Source of the DNA: Sedimentisphaeraceae bacterium JB056
GTDB taxonomy: Bacteria; Planctomycetota; Phycisphaerae; Sedimentisphaerales; Sedimentisphaeraceae
Length of the DNA stretch: 64,000 bases
Reading direction: 5' to 3'
Assembly (NCBI GenBank): GCA_044440125.1
Contig: JBITAJ010000002.1
Location: forward strand, 1-64,000
Part shown: piece after piece, positions 9,260-18,655 of the stretch
Layout: the number at the start of each line of letters is the position of its first letter
Position numbering within the stretch: position 1 is the stretch's first letter
Position numbers and translations under genes: made by a program
Notes under the pieces: generated by a model
The model's database searches: none
The model's input: the letters and a program-made list of their open reading frames with translations, nothing else
Told to the model about the DNA's origin: nothing

Positions 9260-10021
9260 GTGATGAAAAGAAAATTGATTCTAACGGCTTTAGTTGTAAT
9301 GGCTGCAACATTAAGCTCGTGTTCAGTGGAGAAAATGAAAATGACAGAAAAACAACCAAAGAGTTACACCGTAAAGAAGCTGACTTCAGAAATGCCTATT
9401 GACGGCAATTGGGACAAGCCGCAGTGGCAAAACACCGAACCGCTCGAGCTTACGCTGTATATGGGCGATAAACCTGAGCATTTTCCTGTAGTCAAAGCCA
9501 AAATGGCCTATGATGATGACAATGTGTATGTCATTTTCAAAGTAGACGACAATTATATCAAAGCAACAACAACTGAGAACCAGGGACCGGTCTGCCGTGA
9601 CAGTTGTGTTGAATTCTTCTTCACTCCAAATTCTGACACATCAACAGGTTATATGAATATGGAAACAAACTGCTGCGGAAAAATCCTTTTCTACTATCAA
9701 AAAGAGAGAGGTGTTGGTGCAGTTAAAGTTGCCGATTCCGATCTCGAAAAGATTGAGATTGCACATTCATTACCATACGAAAGCATAACTGAAGAGATAA
9801 AGAGTCCTAAAACATGGACTTTAGAGTATCGTATTCCAATTGAAGTAATAAAAACCTATACGACTGTAGAAAAGCCTGAAAGCGGAGTCCTCTGGAAAGC
9901 CAATTTCTATAAATGCGGTGACAAAACTTCCAAACCTCACTGGCTGACATGGTCGTTCGTTGATAAACCAAAGCCTGATTTTCACGTACCTAACTGTTTT
10001 GGTACATTAAAATTTGAGTAA
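9260..10021 (+). CDS. Carbohydrate-binding family 9-like (DOMON-type) lipoprotein
   Basis: Lipobox-like LSSC; motifs IDG..D..W, DSCVEFF, ANFYKCGD and PDFH.P..FG.L.FE. Confidence 0.85.
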   Translation: MMKRKLILTALVVMAATLSSCSVEKMKMTEKQPKSYTVKKLTSEMPIDGNWDKPQWQNTEPLELTLYMGDKPEHFPVVKAKMAYDDDNVYVIFKVDDNYIKATTTENQGPVCRDSCVEFFFTPNSDTSTGYMNMETNCCGKILFYYQKERGVGAVKVADSDLEKIEIAHSLPYESITEEIKSPKTWTLEYRIPIEVIKTYTTVEKPESGVLWKANFYKCGDKTSKPHWLTWSFVDKPKPDFHVPNCFGTLKFE

Positions 10022-10040
10022 CAATTTGTTGAGAGCCTCA

Positions 10041-10072
10041 GCAGACAGGATAAAAGGCTAAATCCTGTCTGC
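10041..10072. terminator. Intergenic hairpin with an 11-bp perfect stem
   Basis: GCAGACAGGAT...ATCCTGTCTGC. There is no clear U-tract on the + strand. Confidence 0.4.
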
Positions 10073-10085
10073 GGGTAAAAGAAAA

Positions 10086-10670
10086 ATGACTGAGAAAATA
10101 ATACTTGCCTCCGCCTCACCAAGAAGAAGCCAATTGCTTCAAGAGGCAGGAATCCGATTCGAAGTAATACCTTCACAGGTAAAAGAAGATGAGTATAAAT
10201 TCGACAACATAAGCGCAGTCGAATATACAAGGATATTAGCAAAAGCCAAAGCCCTTGATATTGCAGTTAAAAATCCAAGTAGGCTTGTTTTAGGTGCTGA
10301 TTGTGTTGTCAGTATTGATAATCATATCATCGGAAAACCTAAAAATGAGGAAGATGCGGCAAAAATAATTAAGCTGCTGTTTTCGAAGCCTCATGATGTA
10401 ATAACATCCGTTTCCTTCATTGCCATCAACAATGGCATAGAGCTTATGGAAACAGAAAGCACCACTGTTTATCCCAAGAATTTAACTCAAAAACAAATAG
10501 ATGATTTCATCGCAAGCGGTAAATGGCAAGGCAAAGCCGGTGGCTACGGTATACAAGACCCAGAAACCGATGATTTTATTGACAGTTACGAGGGTAGCTA
10601 CACTAATGTAATGGGAATGCCGATGGAAACCGTTACAGAGATTATCGATGAAATATTCGACAGAGAGTAA
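10086..10670 (+). CDS. maf: Maf-family nucleoside triphosphate pyrophosphatase
   Basis: Motifs ILASASPRRSQLL, GAD, GKP, KAGGYGIQ and GSYTNVMGMP. Confidence 0.95.
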   Translation: MTEKIILASASPRRSQLLQEAGIRFEVIPSQVKEDEYKFDNISAVEYTRILAKAKALDIAVKNPSRLVLGADCVVSIDNHIIGKPKNEEDAAKIIKLLFSKPHDVITSVSFIAINNGIELMETESTTVYPKNLTQKQIDDFIASGKWQGKAGGYGIQDPETDDFIDSYEGSYTNVMGMPMETVTEIIDEIFDRE

Positions 10671-10705
10671 CCTGTTTGCTATTTTTACATAACATCTTAA
10701 AAAAG

Positions 10706-10734
10706 TTGACAAATTTGCGAATTAGTGCGATAAT
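10706..10734 (+). promoter_or_regulatory. Sigma70-type promoter (TTGACA-17-GATAAT, extended -10 TG)
   Basis: Near-consensus hexamers upstream of 10781. Confidence 0.55.
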
Positions 10735-10780
10735 ATCAAGCGTTGAAAACTACTTAACTTAATTTGGTGCGTAAAAATAG

Positions 10781-11194
10781 ATGGATAATAAGGTAACAAT
10801 TTTACTTGCGGAAGATAACCCCGCAGACAAGATGCTATTTGAAGTTGGGCTTCGCAGCAGCAGGTTAGATGCTGAACTGTGCTGGGTGAAAGATGGTGTT
10901 CAGGTTATGAACTTTCTGAAAAAAGAAGATGTATATTCCGATGCCCCTAAGCCAGAGATAGCAATTTTGGATCTTAACATGCCCCGAAAAGGAGGGCAAC
11001 AGATAGTAGAAGAAATTAAGTCTAACGAAAAGCTTAAGGATATTCTAACTATAGTACTGACAACTTCTGATGCCGAAACTGATCGGCAAAACTGCTACAA
11101 CTCAGGGGTTGATAAGTTCATGATAAAACCACTCGAATTCACTGGAATTCAAGAAATCATTAAAGAAATTGAAAAACTTTGGTTTAACGAATAA
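10781..11194 (+). CDS. Single-domain response regulator (Rcp1-like receiver)
   Basis: Motifs LLAEDN, LDLNMP (phospho-Asp), VLTTS and KP. Confidence 0.93.
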   Translation: MDNKVTILLAEDNPADKMLFEVGLRSSRLDAELCWVKDGVQVMNFLKKEDVYSDAPKPEIAILDLNMPRKGGQQIVEEIKSNEKLKDILTIVLTTSDAETDRQNCYNSGVDKFMIKPLEFTGIQEIIKEIEKLWFNE

Positions 11195-11220
11195 ATATCT
11201 GATATGAGGGAGAACAGAGG

Positions 11221-11793
11221 ATGAGTAATAATTCGCGTCAGACACAGGCCCAAATAGACCCTATGTTTACAGATAGATGGTCACCAAGATCATTTAACGG
11301 TGAACTTCTGGAATCTTGGGAAATCGAAAGTCTTCTTGAAGCAGCAAGATGGGCACCGTCCTGCTATAACGAGCAGCCGTGGTCTTTTGCATTTACAAAA
11401 AGCAAAGAAGATATAAAGCTTTTTTCTGAGGCCTTAGTCGAATTGAACCAACAGTGGGCTCCTAAAGCCGGCATGTTGATGTTCCTGATTTACAAAAAGG
11501 ATTTTGAACAAACCGGTAAGCCTAATAATTGGGCATACTTTGATGCCGGCGCCGCTTGGATGTCTTTGGCGTTTCAGGCAAGAAAAATCGGCCTATATAC
11601 GCATGGAATGGCAGGTTTTGACAGAAACAAAGCCGCAGAAATTCTTAAGGTTGATTTGAGTACCCACGATATAGCCGAAGCTATTGCCGTGGGGCATATT
11701 GACTCAAAAGACAAATTGCCGGACAAGTTCATTGACATGGAAACGCCAAATGATCGGAAAGATTTAGACAAGATGATATGGAATTGGAAATAG
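11221..11793 (+). CDS. Nitroreductase family protein
   Basis: Motifs RWSPRSF, AARWAPSCYNEQPW and HGMAGFD. Confidence 0.93.
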   Translation: MSNNSRQTQAQIDPMFTDRWSPRSFNGELLESWEIESLLEAARWAPSCYNEQPWSFAFTKSKEDIKLFSEALVELNQQWAPKAGMLMFLIYKKDFEQTGKPNNWAYFDAGAAWMSLAFQARKIGLYTHGMAGFDRNKAAEILKVDLSTHDIAEAIAVGHIDSKDKLPDKFIDMETPNDRKDLDKMIWNWK

Positions 11794-11801
11794 AGCTTAG
11801 A

Positions 11802-11847
11802 TTAGGAAATACTGGGCTGCCATAAAACACAATCCAGTATTACCTAA
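11802..11847. terminator. Hairpin between convergent genes
   Basis: TTAGGAAATACTGG...CCAGTATTACCTAA lies between the nitroreductase and sulfatase stop codons. Confidence 0.4.
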
Positions 11848-11931
11848 CATTATGTATCGCCCAAACATTAATTAATCTCAAACGATACCGTGATTACAGC
11901 TTAATAATTACTTTTATACAGCATATAAAAC

Positions 11932-13737
11932 CTATCTTACGGCTTTATATGTCACGTAAACATAATAAGCACCCAGGCTTGAGCCGTCGGCGAGCCTGAA
12001 TTGCGAGCTCAGGTGGGCCGGGCCCTTTTCCAGCCAAACCTCAAACTTGACGCTTTGGTTTTGATCTTCGACTTTTGCTGAATATTCCCTGCCGTCTATG
12101 TTTATGGAGGCTTCTGTTATGTCGAGTGCCTTGCCGCCGGTGTAGAGCCAGTGGCTGCTTTGCGGCACAAGCTCAGCTCGCCACTCTATATCATCGCCGT
12201 CAATGCCGGAGCGGATGTTGTGAGCCGATTCCTCGGGCCATCTGCAAAGCTCGATCACATAATCGCCGCTGCGGCATACGTCGAGTTCCCAATAGCCGCA
12301 AGCGTTCATTGCCTGCCTGATATGCCCCTGGTGCCACGGGCAGTTGCAGTCATCGAATTTCATATTCTGCAAATTAGCCGGGTATTCATCTTCTGCCGGT
12401 TCATTTCGCCAATCATGGCAGCGAAGCACGGTCCTTTCCTCCTGTTCGGAGCCGATGCTCAGGGGTATTTCCTCGCCAAACTGCTGAGAAACAACATCCC
12501 ACCATTTATCATACTCGGCCCTGAATTCCTCAACGATTTGCGGGTTATCTTCTGAAATATCCCTTCGCTGCTCGGGATCGGCGGAAATATCATAAAGCGA
12601 GGTTCCGTTTATAAGCCGATAGTTATCATTCATAACGCAGCTCAAACGCCACTTGAGCGGGCGGGTGAGTCTTTGCGAATCGGTAACCATAATCCTTTCC
12701 TGCCAGCCTTCGCCATAAAGAAGGGGCTTGAGGCTCTTGCCATGGAAGCTGCGGTCATTCGAATCGATGCCGCACAGATCAAGAATAGTAGGCATAAAGT
12801 CAACATTTGCCGTGAGTCTGCCGATATCGGCAGGTTGATCAAGCCCTCCGCTAGGCCATCTTACAAAGAATGGTGTTCTGTGCCCGCCTTCATAGGGCCA
12901 GGCTTTGGTTCCCCTCATGCCGGCATTGTAGCCGTTAATTACAAACCCATCCTCATCGAGGCAGGCCCCGCCGCCTGTGCCGTTATCGGTCATAAAGATC
13001 AATATCGTATCATCTTCTATCCCCAACGAGCAAAGCTTGTCGCGAAGTTTGCCGAAATTTTGATCGATGTTGGTTATCATACCATAGAAGCTTGCCCTTT
13101 CGCCGCCCACGGTATCCTGATACATATCGCTGTACTTTTTCGGCACATTGTAAGGAGTGTGCGGGGCATTGGGAGTGATACAGCATAGGAAAGGGGTATC
13201 TTTATTGGCTTCGATAAATTTTATCGCCTCATCGAACCAGACATCCGTGCAGTAGCCCTCACATTCTACCGGCTCGCCGTTAAAGAAATAGGTGTCATCA
13301 AAGTAGTCGTTGCCCCAGTGATCGGGGACCTGACTTATGCCGCCGCCTTTGTGTATCAGGCTGGTTTCAAAGCCGCGGTAGTGAGGCAGATACGGGTATT
13401 CATCGCCAAGATGCCATTTACCGAAAATGGCGGTCCTGTAGCCGCTTTGCTTCATCGCATCGGCAATGGTCCATTCGTCTTTGCGCAGGAGCGAACGCCC
13501 GCCGATAGTGTGCCATACGCCGGTGCTGTTGGCGTAATGCCCGGTGAACAGGCCCGCGCGTGTCGGGGCACATGTCGGCCCTACATGATAATTTGTGAAT
13601 CGGCTGCTCTGCTGATAAAAGCTGTCGATATTGGGCGTTTTTATGAGTTCGTTTCCATGACAGCCAAGGTCTCCATAGCCCTGGTCATCTGTCAATACAA
13701 GGATCACATTCGGTTTTCGCATCATTTTCTCATTCAT
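11932..13737 (-). CDS. Formylglycine-dependent (S1) arylsulfatase
   Basis: Motifs PNVILVLTDDQGYGD, CAPTRA (CxPxR), GKWHLG and TDNG. No signal peptide. Confidence 0.95.
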   Translation of the reverse strand: MNEKMMRKPNVILVLTDDQGYGDLGCHGNELIKTPNIDSFYQQSSRFTNYHVGPTCAPTRAGLFTGHYANSTGVWHTIGGRSLLRKDEWTIADAMKQSGYRTAIFGKWHLGDEYPYLPHYRGFETSLIHKGGGISQVPDHWGNDYFDDTYFFNGEPVECEGYCTDVWFDEAIKFIEANKDTPFLCCITPNAPHTPYNVPKKYSDMYQDTVGGERASFYGMITNIDQNFGKLRDKLCSLGIEDDTILIFMTDNGTGGGACLDEDGFVINGYNAGMRGTKAWPYEGGHRTPFFVRWPSGGLDQPADIGRLTANVDFMPTILDLCGIDSNDRSFHGKSLKPLLYGEGWQERIMVTDSQRLTRPLKWRLSCVMNDNYRLINGTSLYDISADPEQRRDISEDNPQIVEEFRAEYDKWWDVVSQQFGEEIPLSIGSEQEERTVLRCHDWRNEPAEDEYPANLQNMKFDDCNCPWHQGHIRQAMNACGYWELDVCRSGDYVIELCRWPEESAHNIRSGIDGDDIEWRAELVPQSSHWLYTGGKALDITEASINIDGREYSAKVEDQNQSVKFEVWLEKGPAHLSSQFRLADGSSLGAYYVYVTYKAVR

Positions 13738-13946
13738 TTAACGTAATTCAAAACGGCCGAACGGAAGGTAAAACCAATCTTTTTTTCCGCCACGACATTA
13801 TCCGCCTTGATCTTTATCTCATATTCACCAGGATCAGTCAACTTAATTTTTCCGATATCGGTAATATAAAACGGAAAATGCGAATTAGTGGGATTTTCTT
13901 TCTCCCTCTGCTTTATTATCACGCCGGAGAGCTTCGGTTGTTTATC
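13734..13946 (-). pseudogene. 3' remnant of a gene truncated upstream, resembling a C-terminal beta-sandwich of glycoside hydrolases (possibly GH29)
   Basis: Its stop overlaps the sulfatase ATG (ATGA), and there is no convincing start. Sequence includes IGKIKLTDPGEYEIKIKA...GFTFRSAVL. It lies next to the island junction. Confidence 0.45.
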
Positions 13947-14046
13947 TCAGTAGTGACATTATGGCCAGCCTAAAACGAGATTAGAAAATCTTTAGAGAAT
14001 AACAATTTACTATATACCATAATAATTGCACCTTAAGCTTTAAAAC

Positions 14047-14082
14047 AAAAAAAAGGCTTCTAAGCATAAATACTTAGAAGCC
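14047..14082 (-). terminator. Rho-independent terminator downstream of the tRNA remnant
   Basis: 10-bp perfect stem GGCTTCTAAG/CTTAGAAGCC, followed on the minus strand by a T8 tract. Confidence 0.65.
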
Positions 14083-14098
14083 AATTAGTTAAATCAAA

Positions 14099-14142
14099 TG
14101 AAGGTGCTGGGCTCGAACCCAGGCCCTTCGGCTTAAAAGGCC
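14099..14142 (-). tRNA. 3' half of tRNA-Lys(UUU), non-functional remnant and likely att site
   Basis: The minus strand reads GGC-CTTTTAA-GCCGA-AGGGC-CTGGG-TTCGAG-CCCAG-CACCTTCA. This gives an anticodon loop with TTT, a T-arm (loop one base short) and the 3' acceptor strand. No D-arm or 5' acceptor strand is present. Confidence 0.7.
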
Positions 14143-14190
14143 ATGATTCGCATCATAAGCACCTATTTAACAGTAACTTAAAACGTGTTT

Positions 14191-14281
14191 TTAGAGCACA
14201 AATAAGGATTACAAGTAAATAACAAGTAGGCACAAACAAGACTGACAAGTCAGTATCCACTGCAAATTGACGAACTTTTTG
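14191..14281 (+). repeat. 91-bp perfect direct repeat, copy 1
   Basis: TTAGAGCACAAATAAGG...CAAATTGACGAACTTTTTG is identical to 55876-55966. Confidence 0.95.
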
Positions 14282-14407
14282 TACCTTTATCTGATTACTA
14301 AAGTTCAATTCTACATTACCGATCTTCCCAATGAAGCTTCTCACCCGCAAAATGCTCGAAGAATTCACGGCCTGTTTACCCCAGATACAATAATTGCTGA
14401 AAGATAC

Positions 14408-14814
14408 GAATACCTCAACCACCTGATTCTCTCTTCTGCCTAACAACTTAAATACATCCTTGATCAATTCAGCGAATATTATCACCATGAAAGAATCCAT
14501 CAATCATTAGGTCGGATAATAGATCCAAAATACAAACTCAATGGTAACGCAGAGATTCAATGCATAGAAAGACTCGGCGGTCTCCTGAAATCATATCACC
14601 GCCTTGCCGCTTGAAAAAATTACTATTCAAGCTGAGAATCAGAACCATTGCGCCAAAACTTATGTGTTTGATGTTGAATCAAGTCAAATATAAATTGCTT
14701 TCTACAACACGCAAAGTAATTATTCATGTATTGACTACAAAATATAGCCAGATCACAGCCATTAACCCATTTAAAAGCAATGATTGAGTAACTGATGAGT
14801 TTTTGCTCCCTACG
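14408..14814 (+). mobile_element. 3' relic of an integrase-core (rve-type) transposase plus the IS right end
   Basis: Translates as EYLNHLILSSA*QLKYILDQFSEYYHHERIHQSLG...CIERLGGLLKSYHRLAA* (stop at 14614, in-frame stop at 14441). The 3' flank is homologous to 56011-56239 and ends GTTTTTGCTCCCTACG. Confidence 0.8.
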
Positions 14815-14831
14815 ATATTAAAAAAATTAAT

Positions 14832-14868
14832 TTTTGGGGTATCCGGCAAACTATTGGACACCCCAAAA
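14832..14868 (-). terminator. Terminator of module A
   Basis: Minus-strand stem TTTTGGGGTGTCC/GGATACCCCAAAA followed by a T-rich tract, 20 bp after the stop at 14888. Confidence 0.6.
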
Positions 14869-14887
14869 TAATAACTATGCTTAAACT

Positions 14888-17800
14888 CTATTCATAATCT
14901 ATACTCAAAAATTTCATATAGTTCGTATCTCCATCAAGTGACCACCATGCAGAAAAATCACTTTCACCATAAATCATATATATAGCTCCATCAGGAGCCT
15001 GTCTTATGCCACTATATCCACAGCCTGATCCTTCATAAATATCAAAAGGAGTCCCCCAGTTATTACCAGTCGCATCAGCAATTCTAAGATGTACGCCGGG
15101 TCTACCATAACTTAAGAGAACAGACCCATCATTCAAAACCGTCATATCCGGACCAACACCAGGGGTATGCAATGAATTCGGACTACTCCACGTCGCACCA
15201 TTATCACTGCTTATGCAATATATCATCGGACAATCTCCTTCCAGATCAAACGGTATCATACCGGTTCTCATAACGCAAAGAAGGTTTCCATTACTAAGTT
15301 TAACCATCACAGGCTCACTTGCCCCGCCTGTTCCCATCCACGAATCACTCCTATAAGCTACCGTAGACTTATATTCCCAACTCTGCCCTAAATCATCAGA
15401 CTCGACAACAATTGTTCTTGAATAAGAATCGCTATCAAACATCCCATACATAGTAGCAAGGAGATTGCCATTACTCAACTGAACAATCGAACGCCAAAAG
15501 GAAAAAGCAGAAACATCCTGAGAAAAGGAAGTAATTTGAGCATTAAATCTTTTCTCTACAAACTCATCATTATCAATACTCTCAATACTCACTGCATTTA
15601 TACCAGAATCAATCTCCATACTCCCCTTCCAATTGTAACTTCCATCTGTCCCATTACCTTCATACCAATGCAAATAGCCTGTTTTGGCTATAAAAAGATC
15701 CGGATACACATCACAATCAAAAACTTCGATATCAAAACAAAGAACATCACTCGTGATTATCTGCCTCCAGGCCATAGTGTTATTGCCAGTACATTCACGC
15801 CAATGCAGCTGACCATTCGAGCTAAGTATAATCAAATCAGTATTGCCGTCATAATCAAAATCGCCAATCTCCAAACCATTGACTGCAATAGCAGAAGTAT
15901 GGAATCCAAGAACATTTACAAATGTATCCGTTTGAGAATCATATTCATACCATCTTGAAGAATAATCAACGCTATTACCTACGAGTATATCAGGATATGA
16001 ATCCCCATCAAAATCACCTGCGGCAACTGCAACACAATCCATTCCTGAAATATCCAGCGTATCTATATAAGTAACCTGATTTGAACCTTGAGAATCTACT
16101 TCATACCAATCAAGCTCATAAGATGAATTAACTGTAAAAACCCAATTCTCACCCGAATAACCGACTGCGCAAGCAATATCAAGTAAATCGTAACCAAATT
16201 GCCCACCTGTTACTGCTGCAATACTGTTATCATCATCACTTTCATACCAAGCGACATATCCATTATCTTTACCAACTATCAATGTATTAGTGCCGTCATC
16301 GTCAAAATCAGCCGAAGCAAAACAACTCGCATCATTTATAGAAATATCTCCCATATATTTCCCTGACATATCATTACCATGAGGCTCATACAGCATCAAT
16401 TCACTATCAAATCCAAGATACATATCAGGATTAAGCTGAGGGGATGCCGAATAATCGTATATCCACGTAACCACTGTATCAACTATTCGTGAATTCGAGG
16501 CATTAACCTCTGTATAGAAAGGTAAACTTACAGAACAAGGATTGCCACTCAGATCAATAATAGTTGAACATCCAATTGACGGCATAGCAACAGCCCAATC
16601 ATCACCATTATTCCCACTTTCTATTGTAACATGATACTGATTATCAGGGTGAGACCCTGCGTCAAAAGCCGCATACATATGATTTGGGTCTTTAGAATCT
16701 ATATGAAGAACAGGAAACATAAGATCGTCTCCGTTGGTCGTACTGTACACTGTTGACTCTGACAACACTTCCAACGATTCAGGATTACCTTCATAAGTAA
16801 TTCCCATCGCCAAATCTATAAAATCAGAACCGATTGTTGTACCAGCAACATTTGAGATAGTATTATCGCTATTCGATTCATACCAAATAACATTATCGTC
16901 ATCCACAGATATTACCACTTCGTTGATTCCATCTTCATCTACATCTGATATTGCTACGGAAGTTGCATCACCACCAGAATAAAATGTTGTAACAAGTGAC
17001 GGTGTTGCATTATCTACACCGTCAGACTCATACCACTGCACGTTCGATGAAGAATCGACCAGAAGCAGATCACCATAAGAATCTCCATCAATATCACCTA
17101 TCGCAATATCTTTTGCGCCATTAAAAGCAGTACTGGTAATATTCTTTCTCCAATTTATAACATGCTGAGAAGAATTTGCTTCATACCAGCCTGTCATTGT
17201 TGTTTTTACTATAAACAAATCGCAATATCCATCACCATCCAGATTACCTGAATCCAACGCTACTCCAGAACCAGTAAGCCCTCCTGACTGCAACGTAACA
17301 GTATTATCACCAGAAGCTTCATACCACTTCACTGTTCCACCTGAAATTATAGTAAGAATGTCACCATAACCATCATCATGCATGTCAACAATATCAATTC
17401 CATTTTTAATTGCCGTACCGCTAAAATCATCTGATGAAAAATACAAACTGTCACCATCGATTTCAAACCATGCCGCATCGGCGGCACTTCGTCCTATGCA
17501 AACATCCGTATAATCATCATTATCCAGATCACCTACAGCCATTGCTGTAACACCATCCAAAGTGAGTAATTCTTTTACATAACCGAGATCATTGTTCACA
17601 TCCAGATTAGAATACAGAACTGCTTCACCCGATGAATTAACAATGGAAATTATATCATCAGAAGTATTACAAGCTGAAGCTATGTCAGAACAATTTGCCG
17701 CAAGCTCAGGGCCATAGCTAACGCTTACAGAATTGTCTGTACTACTTCGATACCACATTACAGCCCCACTAATATCCCCGCAGACTACTTCATTTTGTCC

Positions 17801-18556
17801 ATCACCATCAACATCTAATATTGCAGCAGTAGAAATACCTGTTCCAAAATTCTTTATAAACGTTGGAGTAGTATTATTACCATTGGCCTCATACCAATCT
17901 ATTGTCCCATCAGATTTTATAATCAAAACATCAGCAGAGTTATCATCGTCCACATAACCGGCACAAACTTTTACTGCGCCGGAAGGACCAAAATTAGCTC
18001 TCCAGTTTACGCTATTATCGTTCCCGTTGCCTTCATACCATGAAACCGTTGTTGCTTTCACAAGAAACATATCGGTGTAAGCATCACCATCAAATGAACA
18101 TAAAACAGGAGAGACAGACTGCGTGGTAATATTAGAAACCCATGAAACAGTATTATCAGATCGAGACTCATACCAGTTACAAGTGCCCGATCTAACTACC
18201 ATAAGATCAACATTACCGTCTGAATCAAGATCACCAATCGCAATTCCATTAGATACGGTATTCGAGCCAAAACTTGAATTCACTATCGAATATGTTGAGC
18301 CATCACTGTTCTGCTCAAACCACAGACAGCCTTTATTGCTATAGTTTCTGCCGACAATAATATCAAGATAAGCATCGCCATCAAGATTACCTGCCGCAAC
18401 AGCGTCTGCATATTCAGAAACAAGATCAAGTGAATCAATCTTATCATTTTTGTACCAATCAAGATGTCCTGATGAATCAACACTGAAAACAGAACCTGAA
18501 CCGGCTAATACATAACTTAAAACCAAACACATCCAACACAAAGCTCTTCTAAACAT
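14888..18556 (-). CDS. Secreted multi-FG-GAP propeller protein with a sialidase-like (BNR/Asp-box) domain
   Basis: Signal peptide (ATG 18556 after GAGGA). Many GDxDGDGxxD...WYE repeats, Asp-boxes SDDLGQSW and SSDNGATW, and motifs SYGRP and GYSG. Confidence 0.88.
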   Translation of the reverse strand: MFRRALCWMCLVLSYVLAGSGSVFSVDSSGHLDWYKNDKIDSLDLVSEYADAVAAGNLDGDAYLDIIVGRNYSNKGCLWFEQNSDGSTYSIVNSSFGSNTVSNGIAIGDLDSDGNVDLMVVRSGTCNWYESRSDNTVSWVSNITTQSVSPVLCSFDGDAYTDMFLVKATTVSWYEGNGNDNSVNWRANFGPSGAVKVCAGYVDDDNSADVLIIKSDGTIDWYEANGNNTTPTFIKNFGTGISTAAILDVDGDGQNEVVCGDISGAVMWYRSSTDNSVSVSYGPELAANCSDIASACNTSDDIISIVNSSGEAVLYSNLDVNNDLGYVKELLTLDGVTAMAVGDLDNDDYTDVCIGRSAADAAWFEIDGDSLYFSSDDFSGTAIKNGIDIVDMHDDGYGDILTIISGGTVKWYEASGDNTVTLQSGGLTGSGVALDSGNLDGDGYCDLFIVKTTMTGWYEANSSQHVINWRKNITSTAFNGAKDIAIGDIDGDSYGDLLLVDSSSNVQWYESDGVDNATPSLVTTFYSGGDATSVAISDVDEDGINEVVISVDDDNVIWYESNSDNTISNVAGTTIGSDFIDLAMGITYEGNPESLEVLSESTVYSTTNGDDLMFPVLHIDSKDPNHMYAAFDAGSHPDNQYHVTIESGNNGDDWAVAMPSIGCSTIIDLSGNPCSVSLPFYTEVNASNSRIVDTVVTWIYDYSASPQLNPDMYLGFDSELMLYEPHGNDMSGKYMGDISINDASCFASADFDDDGTNTLIVGKDNGYVAWYESDDDNSIAAVTGGQFGYDLLDIACAVGYSGENWVFTVNSSYELDWYEVDSQGSNQVTYIDTLDISGMDCVAVAAGDFDGDSYPDILVGNSVDYSSRWYEYDSQTDTFVNVLGFHTSAIAVNGLEIGDFDYDGNTDLIILSSNGQLHWRECTGNNTMAWRQIITSDVLCFDIEVFDCDVYPDLFIAKTGYLHWYEGNGTDGSYNWKGSMEIDSGINAVSIESIDNDEFVEKRFNAQITSFSQDVSAFSFWRSIVQLSNGNLLATMYGMFDSDSYSRTIVVESDDLGQSWEYKSTVAYRSDSWMGTGGASEPVMVKLSNGNLLCVMRTGMIPFDLEGDCPMIYCISSDNGATWSSPNSLHTPGVGPDMTVLNDGSVLLSYGRPGVHLRIADATGNNWGTPFDIYEGSGCGYSGIRQAPDGAIYMIYGESDFSAWWSLDGDTNYMKFLSIDYE

Positions 18557-18655
18557 AATCAATCCTCAAAATTAGTTAATAATATATCGTAAGCATTCAC
18601 TCTTTTTTATTTCTTTTAAGCACTCGATTTATTCTAATGTAACTGATTAGCAATA

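Noticed and set aside
14099..14142. Functional tRNA-Lys
   Set aside because: There is no D-arm or 5' acceptor strand, and the T-loop is one base short.
14153..14503. ORF sharing an identical peptide (QKVRQFAVDTDLSVLFVPTCYLLVILICAL) with ORF 55751-55984
   Set aside because: This is a by-product of the 91-bp DNA repeat read on the minus strand. The ORFs are antisense to transposase and integrase relics.
14560..14787. 75-aa plus-strand ORF
   Set aside because: It is out of frame with the recognisable transposase C-terminus and runs through the IS 3' flank.
3..18556. Tc-toxin (TcB/TcC) system from Rhs plus FG-GAP genes
   Set aside because: The FG-GAP genes are more than 10 kb away, on the other strand, carry Sec signals and sit in glycan operons. 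No SpvB or TcA is seen.
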